A DNA stretch of 64,000 nucleotides from an uncultured Defluviitaleaceae bacterium (GTDB lineage Bacteria; Bacillota; Clostridia; Lachnospirales; WRBF01): positions 8,520-72,519 of the forward strand of contig CAYXWM010000005.1 of assembly GCA_964468805.1 (NCBI GenBank), written 5' to 3'. The stretch's first letter is position 1; each line of letters starts with the position of its first letter. Under the pieces are notes generated by a model. The model did not search any database, was not told the DNA's origin, and saw only the letters and a program-made list of their open reading frames with translations. Positions 9,553 through 19,783 of the stretch are shown here, one piece after another. Position numbers and translations under genes: made by a program.

Positions 9553-9839
9553 ACTTAGAAATATCACAATGTTCCCAACGTTAAGACGTGGGAACATTAT
9601 AAGACAATATTCTATGTTAAGTTTGTGAAAGGGGCAAATATTAATATTATATACCAACACTTCGGAGTTTTATATTAAACTCCGAAGGCTTCAACGATTT
9701 TTTATGAGCAAAAATTTCGAAGTTATAAGTTTTGCGGTTTAAATAATTCTCCCGGACAAATAACAATAACCCTTGAAACGTTTTGTCATTTGTTTAGTTA
9801 TATTAAATTTAAACCACTTTAGTATATAATTTTTTGTAA

Positions 9840-11273
9840 TCAATTACAAGCCTGATAAACAGTTTTTAAAGTATCATCCAACATTGTGGGTAAGTTTTTG
9901 TATCCTTGGGTATTGATTTTGTCATAAACTTCTGTGTTTTTCGGGTTGGGAATGAATTCGTCTCTTGGTTTAACCATATTTTTGACTGCTTCTTCAAAGG
10001 TTGGGTAAACGCCTGTTGCTACTGCAACGCAGATTGCAGAACCGATTGCAGCCGCTCCGTTAATTTCGTTTCTGCAAGTTTTTACTCCGTACATATCGGC
10101 AAAAATTTGCATGAACAGCTCGCTGTTTGAGCCACCGCCGGAAACGATGATTTTTTCGGGTTTAATTTTTAATTCATCTATCATTGCGTCATAGCAATTC
10201 TTTAAGGTGAAAGCTATTCCTTCCATAATAGAACGATAAATATGTGCTCTGGTGTGGCGTTCATCAAAACCTATCATTACGCCTTTTCTGTGAAGCTGAC
10301 TGGCAGGAGCAAGCCAATCCGGAATTGTCAGCAAACCGTCGGAACCGGCGGGTACGTTTACAGCTTCTTTTTCCAGACATTCCTCAACGGTAAGACCCAT
10401 GCTTTCTGCTTTTTGAGCATATTCTTCGCCGACTATGCTTTTGTACCAAGATATATGCCACATTCCACGACGTATACCGCCGCTTTCATAGAGGTATTCA
10501 TTGGGTACACAGGAAAGGTTTACAAAGTAATTTTGAGGATCGAGAAGATTTTTATCTCCGCAAACCATGGATGCTATGTAGGTTCCCAAAGAGACAAGAC
10601 CAACATTCTTTTCTACCAAACCGGAACCCAAGGCTTCAACGGCTTTATCGTTTGCTGTTGCAACTACGGGTAAGCCTACGGGAAGTCCTGTAGCTTCGGC
10701 TGCTTCTTTTGTTACATAGCCTAAAATTGTACCGGGCATTTGAAGCTCAAGAAGTTTTTCTTTGGGGATTTTGAAGCTGTTGAAGTGTTCTTCGTCTGTT
10801 GACCAATCCCAGGTATCCATATCAATTGGGAATTGCCATTGGAAGGTATTTGCTACGGTATCTTTAAATTCGCCGGTTAATCTGTGAGTAGCATAACCGG
10901 AAGTAGGGCAGGTGTATGCAATTTTTTCTTCATCTTCAAAGGTTGCGTAGGAACGTACGTCCATCCAGCTCATTACGGGTTCGGCAAGAGTACCGTCAGC
11001 CTTCATGAAAACTCTGCAACAACGAATGGTGCAAAGACCCAAACCTTTTATTTTAGACACATCACCTGTAAAGTTATTCATTAATTTATTTAAAGCTGAT
11101 TTTAAGCTATCCCACAAATCGTCGTCCGGATGTTCAACATAACCGGGCTTGCGTGACATCATGGGTTGCAGACCTTCTGACGCACTGCAAACAACGTTTC
11201 CTTTTTCATCGAAAATAAAAACTTTCGTGCTTTGGGAGCCACTGTCCACACCTATAAAATATACTTCACTCAT
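9840..11273 (-). CDS. FGGY-family carbohydrate kinase (substrate unknown)
   Basis: N-terminal FIGVDSGSQSTK and C-terminal VSGGGSNSELFMQIFADMYG are FGGY hallmarks. Confidence 0.85.
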   Translation of the reverse strand: MSEVYFIGVDSGSQSTKVFIFDEKGNVVCSASEGLQPMMSRKPGYVEHPDDDLWDSLKSALNKLMNNFTGDVSKIKGLGLCTIRCCRVFMKADGTLAEPVMSWMDVRSYATFEDEEKIAYTCPTSGYATHRLTGEFKDTVANTFQWQFPIDMDTWDWSTDEEHFNSFKIPKEKLLELQMPGTILGYVTKEAAEATGLPVGLPVVATANDKAVEALGSGLVEKNVGLVSLGTYIASMVCGDKNLLDPQNYFVNLSCVPNEYLYESGGIRRGMWHISWYKSIVGEEYAQKAESMGLTVEECLEKEAVNVPAGSDGLLTIPDWLAPASQLHRKGVMIGFDERHTRAHIYRSIMEGIAFTLKNCYDAMIDELKIKPEKIIVSGGGSNSELFMQIFADMYGVKTCRNEINGAAAIGSAICVAVATGVYPTFEEAVKNMVKPRDEFIPNPKNTEVYDKINTQGYKNLPTMLDDTLKTVYQACN

Positions 11274-11419
11274 CCTTAGCCTCCGAGGTCATTTAATGGG
11301 GTAAGGTTTAATAAAAGCCTTACCGAATTTAAGAAATATCTAGGGATGCTTTCGGGGATAGCATCCCTAAAACTTATAAATGAGTTATGTCGGTAGTTAC
11401 GTTTATGTCGGTCGTTATG

Positions 11420-12196
11420 TTATCTGGTTCTGAATCCGCCGTCAACCGCCAAGATATGACCGTTTACGAATTGAGAAGCTTCGCTTGCAAGGAAAACTGT
11501 GGTTCCCATAAGGTCATGAACGTAGCCCCATCTGCCTTCGGGAGTATGGTCAACGATCCATTTGTTTCTTTCGGGATTGCTCATGGAGTATTCGGCAGCT
11601 TTGGTTTGGAAGTAGCCGGGTGCTATACCGTTAACTTGGATATTGAATTGTGCAAGTTCGTCGCAGTAAGCTTTTGTTAAGCCTGCAATACCGTGTTTGG
11701 AAGCCGCATAAGCAGGAGATTGTTGTCCGCCGAGCCAGCTGAACATGGAGCAGATATTGATAATTTTACCGCTTTTTTGAGGAATCATGTATTTAGCACA
11801 TTCTGCAGTCATTTCGAAAGCAGCGGTAAGGTTTATAGCTATCATTGGATCCCATTCTTTTCTTGTAAACTCACCGATTTCGGCACAGATGCAGATACCT
11901 GCACAGTTTACCAAAATATCAACGGAACCTAAAGTTTGAACGCATTTATCAACGATTTCTTTGGGAACGCCGGGTTTTGTAATGTCAGCTTCCATGTAAA
12001 CAGTTTTTACGCCTTCTGCTTCAATTACTTTGTTGAATTCAGCATCATCGGGCATAACGCTGGGCATAAATATGTTTGCGCCGCCTTTTGCCAAAGCCAA
12101 AGAAAAAGCTTGACCCAAACCGGTGTTTCCTCCGGTAACAATAGCGTTTTTACCTTTCAAAGAGAAATAGTTCATGTTGAAATCTGTGATTTTCAT
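11420..12196 (-). CDS. Short-chain dehydrogenase/reductase (KduD / gluconate 5-dehydrogenase-like)
   Basis: The cofactor loop TGGNTGLGQA and catalytic YAASKHG (YxxxK) are present. Confidence 0.85.
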   Translation of the reverse strand: MKITDFNMNYFSLKGKNAIVTGGNTGLGQAFSLALAKGGANIFMPSVMPDDAEFNKVIEAEGVKTVYMEADITKPGVPKEIVDKCVQTLGSVDILVNCAGICICAEIGEFTRKEWDPMIAINLTAAFEMTAECAKYMIPQKSGKIINICSMFSWLGGQQSPAYAASKHGIAGLTKAYCDELAQFNIQVNGIAPGYFQTKAAEYSMSNPERNKWIVDHTPEGRWGYVHDLMGTTVFLASEASQFVNGHILAVDGGFRTR

Positions 12197-12277
12197 AGCA
12201 GTACCTCCATATATTTTTTTATAGTTAATACTTAAATGAATAGGTAAAGCGTTGCAGTATAAACAGATGTATCATAG

Positions 12278-13207
12278 TTATTTACCCAATTTTATTCTTT
12301 CTGCAAGTTTCTCCGCAAATTCCAAGGCATCTCCTTCAACAACTATATCGGAAAGGCTGCAAATGGGAGCAAACTTGTTGGTATTGACCGAAATAATATG
12401 TTCAACATTTTTCAGACCCTCTATATGTTGCAAGGAACCGTAGATACCCATCGCAAAATAAAGTTTGGGGCTTACTGTCTTGCCGGATTGACCCACTTGA
12501 ATAGCTCTGGAAGCCATTCCGCTGTCAACAATTTTCCGGCTGGCGGAGACCATACCGTTTAATTCCTCTGCAAGAGGTTTTAAACGTTCTATTTCTTCTC
12601 CAACACCTCCGCCGCCTGAAACCAAAACCTTACTTTCACGTATGTCTTTGGGAATGGGTTTTTGTCTTGTTTCCAGGAGCGTTATACCGGAGGGTTGTAT
12701 GTTTTGTGGTGTAAAGTCTATTATTTCGGTATTCTTTTGCCCGGTAGGGGCATATGTAAAGACGTTCTCTCTTATGCTTGCCATTAAGGGTTTGCGTTCC
12801 TTGCAAACAATGGCAGCCAAGATTTTACCGTCAAAAGCCGGTCGTACCAATTCGGTTCGGCTGTCCGTATGATTTATGCTTGTAACGTCGGCTACCAATC
12901 CCACATGCAACCGCATTGCCAGTCGTGGAGCCAACATTCTGCCAATAAACGTAGCCGGTATTAAAATGCAGTCAAAGTCATAAATCTTATGCAGTTCCTC
13001 TATGCAATTTGTGATGTTGATTACATCATGGCTTTGGATTTTTTCGCCCGGGTTAAATTGATAATCAAATTCACCTTGCGTTATAAAATCGGTTAAACAA
13101 AGAGCATAGGTTTCATTGATTTGCCCTTGAGAAATCAGTCTTGCCGGTTCTAACAAATCAACGGAACTTTTGGGGTTTTCAGGATCTATATAAATTAAAG
13201 TCCTCAT
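12278..13207 (-). CDS. etfA: Electron transfer flavoprotein alpha subunit
   Basis: The C-terminal FAD-binding region VGQSGKTVSPKLYFAMGIYGSLQH is present. ATG 13207 lies 2 nt after the etfB stop. The track's TTG at 13216 is less likely. Confidence 0.85.
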   Translation of the reverse strand: MRTLIYIDPENPKSSVDLLEPARLISQGQINETYALCLTDFITQGEFDYQFNPGEKIQSHDVINITNCIEELHKIYDFDCILIPATFIGRMLAPRLAMRLHVGLVADVTSINHTDSRTELVRPAFDGKILAAIVCKERKPLMASIRENVFTYAPTGQKNTEIIDFTPQNIQPSGITLLETRQKPIPKDIRESKVLVSGGGGVGEEIERLKPLAEELNGMVSASRKIVDSGMASRAIQVGQSGKTVSPKLYFAMGIYGSLQHIEGLKNVEHIISVNTNKFAPICSLSDIVVEGDALEFAEKLAERIKLGK

Positions 13208-13208
13208 A

Positions 13209-14003
13209 CTAAACAAGACCTTTGTCTTTTAAAAATCCGTAGACGGTTTCAATTCCTTGTTCATCAACGGTTACGAAAATGCTTTCCTTGCGATTTTGCT
13301 GTTTGGTGTAGGTTTTGGCTACCTTGGTCAAGGAGCCTTTTAAGCCTACTTCTGTTTGGTCAAAGCCCAAGTCATCGTTGGTTATAAGGGTAATTCTGTC
13401 GTCTACATATAGGTTCAAATCAGCGTATTTTACGTAAGGCAATTTATATCCGCTGTCTTTTGAAGTACTCAATACGGCGGGAAGCTTAGCTTCGAACTTC
13501 ATAACGGTATTTTCTCGTTCCGTTTCGAATACTAAAGCACTTTCCGTTGATTCATCTTCGAAGAATTTCTTGATACCGGACATTTGAGCCAAATTCATCA
13601 TTTCCGCTATTTGAACCGGTACATGAGCGGTATCGCCGTCCAGGGTGTGGGAACCGCTCATGATTAAATCAAATTCTGTACTTTGCAGATATTTTCCCAA
13701 GATTCTGCTTGTGGCGTAGGTATCGCTGCCAACAAACATCTTATCGGAAATTAAAGTTGCTTTGTCTACGTTTCTGCGGAGCAAATCTCTTATGTATTCC
13801 TTGACGCTCAAGGGACCCATAGTCACTGTTTCAACTGTAATTTCGGGATTTTTTTCCTTTAGTTTCAGTGCGTAGGCTAAGGCACAAGCATCATCGGGGT
13901 TAATCACAAGATGTACATTTTCTCGCACCAAAACGTTTAATTCGTAGTCATAGATAAAATTATCCACATCCGGAATAAACTTTACCAAACATACTATTTT
14001 CAT
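13209..14003 (-). CDS. etfB: Electron transfer flavoprotein beta subunit
   Basis: The N-terminus MKIVCLVKFIPD and overall Etf-beta architecture fit. It is tightly coupled to etfA. Confidence 0.85.
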   Translation of the reverse strand: MKIVCLVKFIPDVDNFIYDYELNVLVRENVHLVINPDDACALAYALKLKEKNPEITVETVTMGPLSVKEYIRDLLRRNVDKATLISDKMFVGSDTYATSRILGKYLQSTEFDLIMSGSHTLDGDTAHVPVQIAEMMNLAQMSGIKKFFEDESTESALVFETERENTVMKFEAKLPAVLSTSKDSGYKLPYVKYADLNLYVDDRITLITNDDLGFDQTEVGLKGSLTKVAKTYTKQQNRKESIFVTVDEQGIETVYGFLKDKGLV

Positions 14004-14024
14004 AAATTGATCAGAAGCATGGTA

Positions 14025-15329
14025 TCACTTCTCCGAAACCTGTTGATTATCGGCAACTGCCGATTTTTTGAGTCTTGTAAACACGATTACCAAGAGTATA
14101 CCTACCGCACCTAAAATTGCAGAAGTAATGAAATATGCATTGTAACCGCCGTTATCTCCGTAGGTGGTAAACAAGAAGCTATTGATTATGGGTAAAACAA
14201 TGTCGGGAAGGTAGCCCAAAACTGAGATTATACCAACGGCAACACCGATTATTTTGTTGTCGATTTTGCAATCACCCAGCAAAGACCAGTATGTACCTCT
14301 TATTGCATATATAAACAAACCGGTACCGATTACCAAAGCGTAGAATAAAGACTCGCCGGAATTTGGAGGTAATACAGCCATTGCCACTAAGCAAACCGCC
14401 GCTCCGAAGATAGCGCTGCCCAATACTGCAGTTTTGCCAAACTTATCGGCAAGGAAACCACCCACAATACCGCCGATAGGTCTCATCCATAATACGATAA
14501 CCATGATGGTACTAACTGTAACAGGGTTTACTTGAATGTTGGTTTCCATGAATCCGCCCAAGTAATAGATGGTCCAAGTTACTGTATAGGACATGAATAT
14601 AATTCCGCCCATTACAAAGATAAACTTGTTTTTGAAAATGGCACCTATATCTTTAAATTGGAATTTTTCCTTAGATGGATTACCTTTTTGAGTAGCATCG
14701 GCATTTGCTGCAGCAGGGGATTTCTTATCATCGTCAATAAACAATAAGGTAAGAATCGCCGCTACCAACAATACAGCCGAATACATATAAATTATGGTAA
14801 CCAATGCATCTTTTTTGCTTTCGAGAGTTATGGAATTACCCAAAACAGAGGAGAAGATTGCAACAGCTATACTGGCAAGTACTGCTTCGATTACGCCTCT
14901 GCCGCCGTCAAGTACTCCGAAGAAACGACCTTCTTCTTCAGGTTTTGCAAGGAGTTTAACCAGTTTCATATGGGCACTCCAGAAGGTGAAAACAGAGAAG
15001 AAACCCCATATACAGAATATCAAAACAACGCTGGTATAATCGGGAACCTGTGCAAACCAGAATCCGCCAATGGCAGTACCAAACAGTGAGGCTGCCAACA
15101 ATTTTTTGGATGAAAACTTATCACTCAACACACCGCTGGGGAAATATCCCACCAAAAACACTATACCCAAAACGGAGTAGATAATGTTTAACTGTGGCAG
15201 TGACATATTGAATACTTGGAGTATGGTTTCTTGATAATTGGTCTTTAAATAAATTACAGGATAAATTGCTCCGGCTGCTATAACTATAAGCAACAACTGA
15301 AAATATCTTCTCAAATTACCGGTTGTCAT
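14025..15329 (-). CDS. MFS transporter (substrate unknown)
   Basis: It has about 12 predicted TM helices with a central hydrophilic loop, the usual MFS 6+6 organisation. Confidence 0.8.
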   Translation of the reverse strand: MTTGNLRRYFQLLLIVIAAGAIYPVIYLKTNYQETILQVFNMSLPQLNIIYSVLGIVFLVGYFPSGVLSDKFSSKKLLAASLFGTAIGGFWFAQVPDYTSVVLIFCIWGFFSVFTFWSAHMKLVKLLAKPEEEGRFFGVLDGGRGVIEAVLASIAVAIFSSVLGNSITLESKKDALVTIIYMYSAVLLVAAILTLLFIDDDKKSPAAANADATQKGNPSKEKFQFKDIGAIFKNKFIFVMGGIIFMSYTVTWTIYYLGGFMETNIQVNPVTVSTIMVIVLWMRPIGGIVGGFLADKFGKTAVLGSAIFGAAVCLVAMAVLPPNSGESLFYALVIGTGLFIYAIRGTYWSLLGDCKIDNKIIGVAVGIISVLGYLPDIVLPIINSFLFTTYGDNGGYNAYFITSAILGAVGILLVIVFTRLKKSAVADNQQVSEK

Positions 15330-15555
15330 GTAATCACCCTTAATAAATTTTAGTTTTGTAAACTATATAATTCGAATTCCGGTAAATCATCTAAAAGAAT
15401 CAAAGCTTTGAGGAAACCTATGGTGAGGAAATGTTTCCCATAAACTCCGATCAAATTAATGACCGGAGTTTTTCAATTCTTGTTAACTTGTTTTAATTAT
15501 TATTTGGTTTGCCGGCTAAGTTTTTTAACAACACGTGTTATTTGAGTTGATTGGC

Positions 15556-15635
15556 TATACTTAAATTCCGGTTAAGCAGTCACAAAGGCGTTTACGGAGA
15601 ATAGCTTTTGTTACTTCCTTATGCATTTAAGTATA
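15556..15635 (+). repeat. R2 family, internally deleted copy (80 bp)
   Basis: Both termini are retained (TATACTTAAATTCC...GCATTTAAGTATA) and the central ~55 nt is missing. It ends 1 nt from the stop codon of the FAD-linked oxidase. Confidence 0.75.
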
Positions 15636-15636
15636 A

Positions 15637-17109
15637 TTACTTTTGGTATTTAACGCCTTCTTCTTGAGGATAGATAGTACCGAAGTTCATTATTCCGTTG
15701 GGGTCAAAGGCTTCTTTTAATTTTTCCAACATAAAGTATGCTGAACCGTGTTCATCCTTGGTCCATTCGTTGCGGTATTTTCCGATGCCGTGATGGTGAC
15801 ACATTGAACCACCCATTTTAAGTGTTTCTTCAACGATAATTGTTTGGATGGGGTGATGATAAATTCTCATTTCATCTTCGGGAGCACAGTTAATGTTGTA
15901 GTTGTATACAAAGTACATATTTGTACCGTTGATATAGCTGTGAGATGAATGACCGCCAAGCATTGTTAAGTCATGAGCTCTGGGGAATTCATTTCTTACG
16001 CGATTCATTACGTTGTAGTAAATTTGAGGAATGGTTTCCCAATCGGCAGAAATTTCTGTAGTGAAACCGTCATGTTTGTCGTTTTCTTTCATGCCTTCAA
16101 ACTCGTCGTCGATGTCTTGTTGAGACCAGTTAAGATGGTTGAACCAGTCTTCGATGAGCTTGCTGTCTACTTGTTCGATAATGCCGTCTTTAAATTGTTC
16201 AACAGCTTCTTCAATGCCTTTGCAAGTAGCTTCTACTATGCCTTTTGAGCCTTCAGCCATGAAGATAAGAACGCATTTGTCTTTGTGGAAATGATAGAAA
16301 TGTTGTCTTGCGTCTTCTTCGGAGTATGTACGAGCAACAGAAGGACGGTAACCGTTAACCATTACTTCTCTAAGAACCTTGATACCTGTGTCAACATCTT
16401 TGATAAGGTAACCGTAGAATTTGTTGTTTTCGGGGTAGTATTTGAAAATTTTAACAGTTACTTCAGTGATGTAGCAAAGAGTACCTTCGTTGCCGATGGC
16501 AATATGTCTGATGTCCGGACCTCCTGCACGGCGAGAAACGTTTTTGATTCTTGAAACATGACCGTTGGGGAATACACATTCCAAACCTACAACCATATCT
16601 TCAATTCCGCCGTATAAAGTGGAAAATTGTCCGATACTTCTTGTTGCTACCAAGCCGCCGTATTGAGCAACCGGTTTGGATTGAGGAGAGTGTCCTGCTG
16701 TGTAGCCCACTTTTCTCAATTCATCTTCCAAAACTTGCAAGGGAACGCCTGCTTGAACGGTAGCCTGCATGTTGTATGTATCGATTTTTATGATTTTATC
16801 CAGCTTTTTACCGTCGATAACCAAGGTTTCTTCTTTCCAGTTTTCCAGACCACCTTCGGTTGCAGTTTTACCGCTTCTGGGGATTACGTTGATGCCGTTA
16901 TTGTTGCAGTATACCAAGAGAGCTTTTACTTCTTCGGTAGAGTTTGGATAAACTATTGCTGTGGGCATGGGAACGTCTAAAACTTTTCTTGCCTTTGCGT
17001 ATTTTTTGTAACGATCCGCTGCTGCATCATACAAGTCATCATGATTGGTGTTAATTTGTTCCGGTTGAAGAATTGATTTCAAATCTTCGAGAATTTGAGT
17101 TTTATTCAT
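15637..17109 (-). CDS. FAD-linked oxidase/dehydrogenase (GlcD / alkyl-DHAP-synthase-like, PCMH FAD-binding fold)
   Basis: GGAGG lies 6 nt upstream of ATG 17109. The FAD-binding segment VIPRSGKTATEGG and C-terminal HHHGIGKYR are present. It sits next to etfAB. Confidence 0.8.
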   Translation of the reverse strand: MNKTQILEDLKSILQPEQINTNHDDLYDAAADRYKKYAKARKVLDVPMPTAIVYPNSTEEVKALLVYCNNNGINVIPRSGKTATEGGLENWKEETLVIDGKKLDKIIKIDTYNMQATVQAGVPLQVLEDELRKVGYTAGHSPQSKPVAQYGGLVATRSIGQFSTLYGGIEDMVVGLECVFPNGHVSRIKNVSRRAGGPDIRHIAIGNEGTLCYITEVTVKIFKYYPENNKFYGYLIKDVDTGIKVLREVMVNGYRPSVARTYSEEDARQHFYHFHKDKCVLIFMAEGSKGIVEATCKGIEEAVEQFKDGIIEQVDSKLIEDWFNHLNWSQQDIDDEFEGMKENDKHDGFTTEISADWETIPQIYYNVMNRVRNEFPRAHDLTMLGGHSSHSYINGTNMYFVYNYNINCAPEDEMRIYHHPIQTIIVEETLKMGGSMCHHHGIGKYRNEWTKDEHGSAYFMLEKLKEAFDPNGIMNFGTIYPQEEGVKYQK

Positions 17110-17484
17110 AATTTCCTCCAAAAGTAAAGGTTTAGTAAAAATAGATAAAAATATAGCTTGGTTTTTATTAATTATGCCTTTGTTTTTGTGCTTATTGCCT
17201 TATGCTTATTAAAATACTACACCGGACAGAATTTGTCAAGAATTTTTCGGAAAATTTTATTAAAATATTTATATTTAAGATTAAAAACAGAAAATTTTCC
17301 TCTCCGGTATTTTCTTTTTATAAAATAATAGTGAATTTTTGGCTTAAATACGGTGTTTTTAATAAATGAGCCTAATAAAACAAAAATGTGATTAATTTAT
17401 ATTACTTGATAGAATAAGAATTATATGTAATAATAAACAAAAACCTAAAAAGGAGAAAAGGATTTATAGTATCCTTTGAAACAT

Positions 17485-18201
17485 ATGCTTAATATTGATT
17501 TAAACAATTTGAATCCTCTGGAAAAAAAAATCAATGAAACCATAACAGATTACGCCAAAGAAGATAAAAATATTAAAATAGACAAAGCAGCAGATCTTTG
17601 CGGCTGCTCTGTTTCAAAAATTTCCAAGTTTGTTAAAAAACTGGGCTTTGGTACTTATAAACAATACATGAATTTTGTATATGAAAATGAACTGCCTCAA
17701 AAGTGTACCACTAACGAACTGGAACGAATTCGAAAATTTGTGGATGATTTTGATGTAAAACTGGTAGACAGATTTATAGAAGAAGTGACTGCTTTTGAAA
17801 AGATAATTTTGTTCGGTTACGGACCTTCTTATATTTGCTGTCAATATTTTGAATATAAGTTGAGGTTGGTAACCAATAAAATAGTAATCTCCGTGCCGGA
17901 CGAGGTTTCGGCAGAAAACCTACTGGACGAAAAAAGTATACTCATTATCCTTACCGCTACCGGAAATTTCTCATCCTTTCAGGGAATTTATAACTTTGCC
18001 AAAAGCAAGGGCAGTAATTTCTTGTTAATACTCGAGGAATACAACACCTCCGTAATCTCAAACTACGATAAGGTTCTAATCCTGACAGATACTCATCAAC
18101 CTGCCGGATTGTCTCCTTACGAAAAATCCCGTGTGGTTTTCTTTATTTTTATCGAGGAAGTAATACAAAGATTGCTGGAGTTTAATAAAAAGACAGAGTA
18201 G
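17485..18201 (+). CDS. RpiR-family transcriptional regulator (N-terminal HTH, C-terminal SIS domain)
   Basis: An HTH segment IDKAADLCGCSVSKISKFVKKLGF is followed by a SIS-like domain. It is divergent from the oxidase cluster. The start is ambiguous (TTG 17476 or ATG 17485). Confidence 0.8.
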   Translation: MLNIDLNNLNPLEKKINETITDYAKEDKNIKIDKAADLCGCSVSKISKFVKKLGFGTYKQYMNFVYENELPQKCTTNELERIRKFVDDFDVKLVDRFIEEVTAFEKIILFGYGPSYICCQYFEYKLRLVTNKIVISVPDEVSAENLLDEKSILIILTATGNFSSFQGIYNFAKSKGSNFLLILEEYNTSVISNYDKVLILTDTHQPAGLSPYEKSRVVFFIFIEEVIQRLLEFNKKTE

Positions 18202-18427
18202 TACAAAAAAGCTGTTAGTCTTAACTACGCCCCTAAAGTTAGAGAGTATGATAATACTACAAATAACTTTGGGGGTGTTTTTATGCTAAAGCAACTATAA
18301 AGAAAGAATAGGATTTCAGCAAAATGTAACAGCAGATATGATTGTAAAGAATCAAGCAACTATTTACTCATTTTACAGTAAATGCTTAAGATTAAGATTA
18401 GATAAATAAAACATTACCGTATAAAAA

Positions 18428-18456
18428 TTGCACAGTTTGAAATATTATGGTATACT
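18428..18456 (+). promoter_or_regulatory. Sigma-A-type promoter upstream of the DUF4157 gene
   Basis: The elements are TTGCAC, a 17-nt spacer, and TATACT with an extended -10 TGg. Confidence 0.55.
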
Positions 18457-18523
18457 CGGAAGCACAAAAAAGGAAACATAAATTTAACTTTTGTCTACAC
18501 CTTTAAAAAGGAGGATTGGTGGC

Positions 18524-19726
18524 ATGTATGAAATGAGTAAGCGGCCTTTGCCGTTGCAGGCTTCAAAAATGAATGCCAGACCTCAAAATACTGCCGGCAC
18601 GTATGATAATGTTATTCAGATGGCAAGTCGAATGGGCAACAGTGCGTTCAATTCGTACGTACAGGAGAATCAGACCACGCAGCTAAGTAGTCTCACCTCT
18701 AAAAGCCGGGGTAGAGGATTACCGTCTTCATTGCGCGATAGGTTTGAAGCTAAGCATAAAATTACTCTTGACGATGTAAGGGTGCATTACAACTCGGACA
18801 AGCCTGCCGAGATTGGAGCCGGGGCTTATGCTAAGGGTAACGAAATCCATCTGTCTACCGGGCAAGAAAGGCATTTGGAACATGAACTTGGGCATGTGGT
18901 TCAGCAAAAACAGGGGCGGGTGAGTACTACCGGGCAAATTTCCGGTAAAGCTGTAAATTGTGATGCGGATTTGGAAAAAGAAGCTGACAAAGGAGTACCG
19001 GACAAACCATTTAGCAATAGTGAATTAAGTGGTGACAACCAACCTATTCAAGCGGATTTTGGTAGCTGGATTTCACAAACCGATTTAAACAAAATGACAC
19101 CTGAGATGCAAAGGTCAGCAATAACAGAATATATGCACGCTCAGCAGTATGCACCTGATGTCCAAAAAAAAACTCCGCTCGGAGAGAGTGGATTTGCTAA
19201 ATCAGATCCAACGTATGCAAAGAATAAAATTATGTTGGGTCGACTAGATGATTTAAATAAAAGAAGAAATACTCACGGTAAACGTGATGCTGCTTGGGCA
19301 AAGGCAAACCGTGCTGATAAACTGAAAAATTTCTTATATGCAGACGTATGGAGTCCTGAAGTTAACCAAGCATTTATAGGCGGCGGTATTGACGCTTCCG
19401 CAAGATTTAAGTTTTTTTCCGATTTACCTGATGATGCTAAAAAGGAAATAATAGAAATTTCAAATAGTGGTAGTACTGATAAAGGTAAATATTTTAAATT
19501 ATGGTTAGAGGCCCGGGGTACGGTCCCAGAACTATATAATGGCACGGGCGCACAATATCCACTGACTGTAACTGCTATAGAAATTATGCAATTGCTTGAT
19601 GCGGGATACATTTTCGACAATGTTCCCAGCAGCAAAGGAGCAAGTGAAACATTTCAGGCGTTTAGTAACCGGGCGGAAGCAGATGAATACAAAACATTCA
19701 AATTATTCAACGCTTTACCCCGATAG
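18524..19726 (+). CDS. DUF4157-type HExxH (zincin-like) domain protein with uncharacterised ~220-aa C-terminal domain
   Basis: AAAGGAGG lies ~10 nt upstream of ATG 18524. The N-terminal region LPSSLRDRFEAKHKITLDDVRVHYNSDKPAEIGAGAYAKGNEIHL...HLEHELGHVVQQKQGR matches my recollection of DUF4157 (PF13699). The C-terminal half is not recognisable. Confidence 0.7.
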   Translation: MYEMSKRPLPLQASKMNARPQNTAGTYDNVIQMASRMGNSAFNSYVQENQTTQLSSLTSKSRGRGLPSSLRDRFEAKHKITLDDVRVHYNSDKPAEIGAGAYAKGNEIHLSTGQERHLEHELGHVVQQKQGRVSTTGQISGKAVNCDADLEKEADKGVPDKPFSNSELSGDNQPIQADFGSWISQTDLNKMTPEMQRSAITEYMHAQQYAPDVQKKTPLGESGFAKSDPTYAKNKIMLGRLDDLNKRRNTHGKRDAAWAKANRADKLKNFLYADVWSPEVNQAFIGGGIDASARFKFFSDLPDDAKKEIIEISNSGSTDKGKYFKLWLEARGTVPELYNGTGAQYPLTVTAIEIMQLLDAGYIFDNVPSSKGASETFQAFSNRAEADEYKTFKLFNALPR

Positions 19727-19783
19727 TCCGTATTGAGTCAAAATGCGTAATACAAATAATACATATTCGGTTAGTTTCTCAAT

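Noticed and set aside
13960-13968. A perfect DnaA-box-like TTATCCACA.
   Set aside because: It is a single occurrence inside the etfB coding sequence, with no cluster of boxes or adjacent AT-rich unwinding element. It is not an origin.
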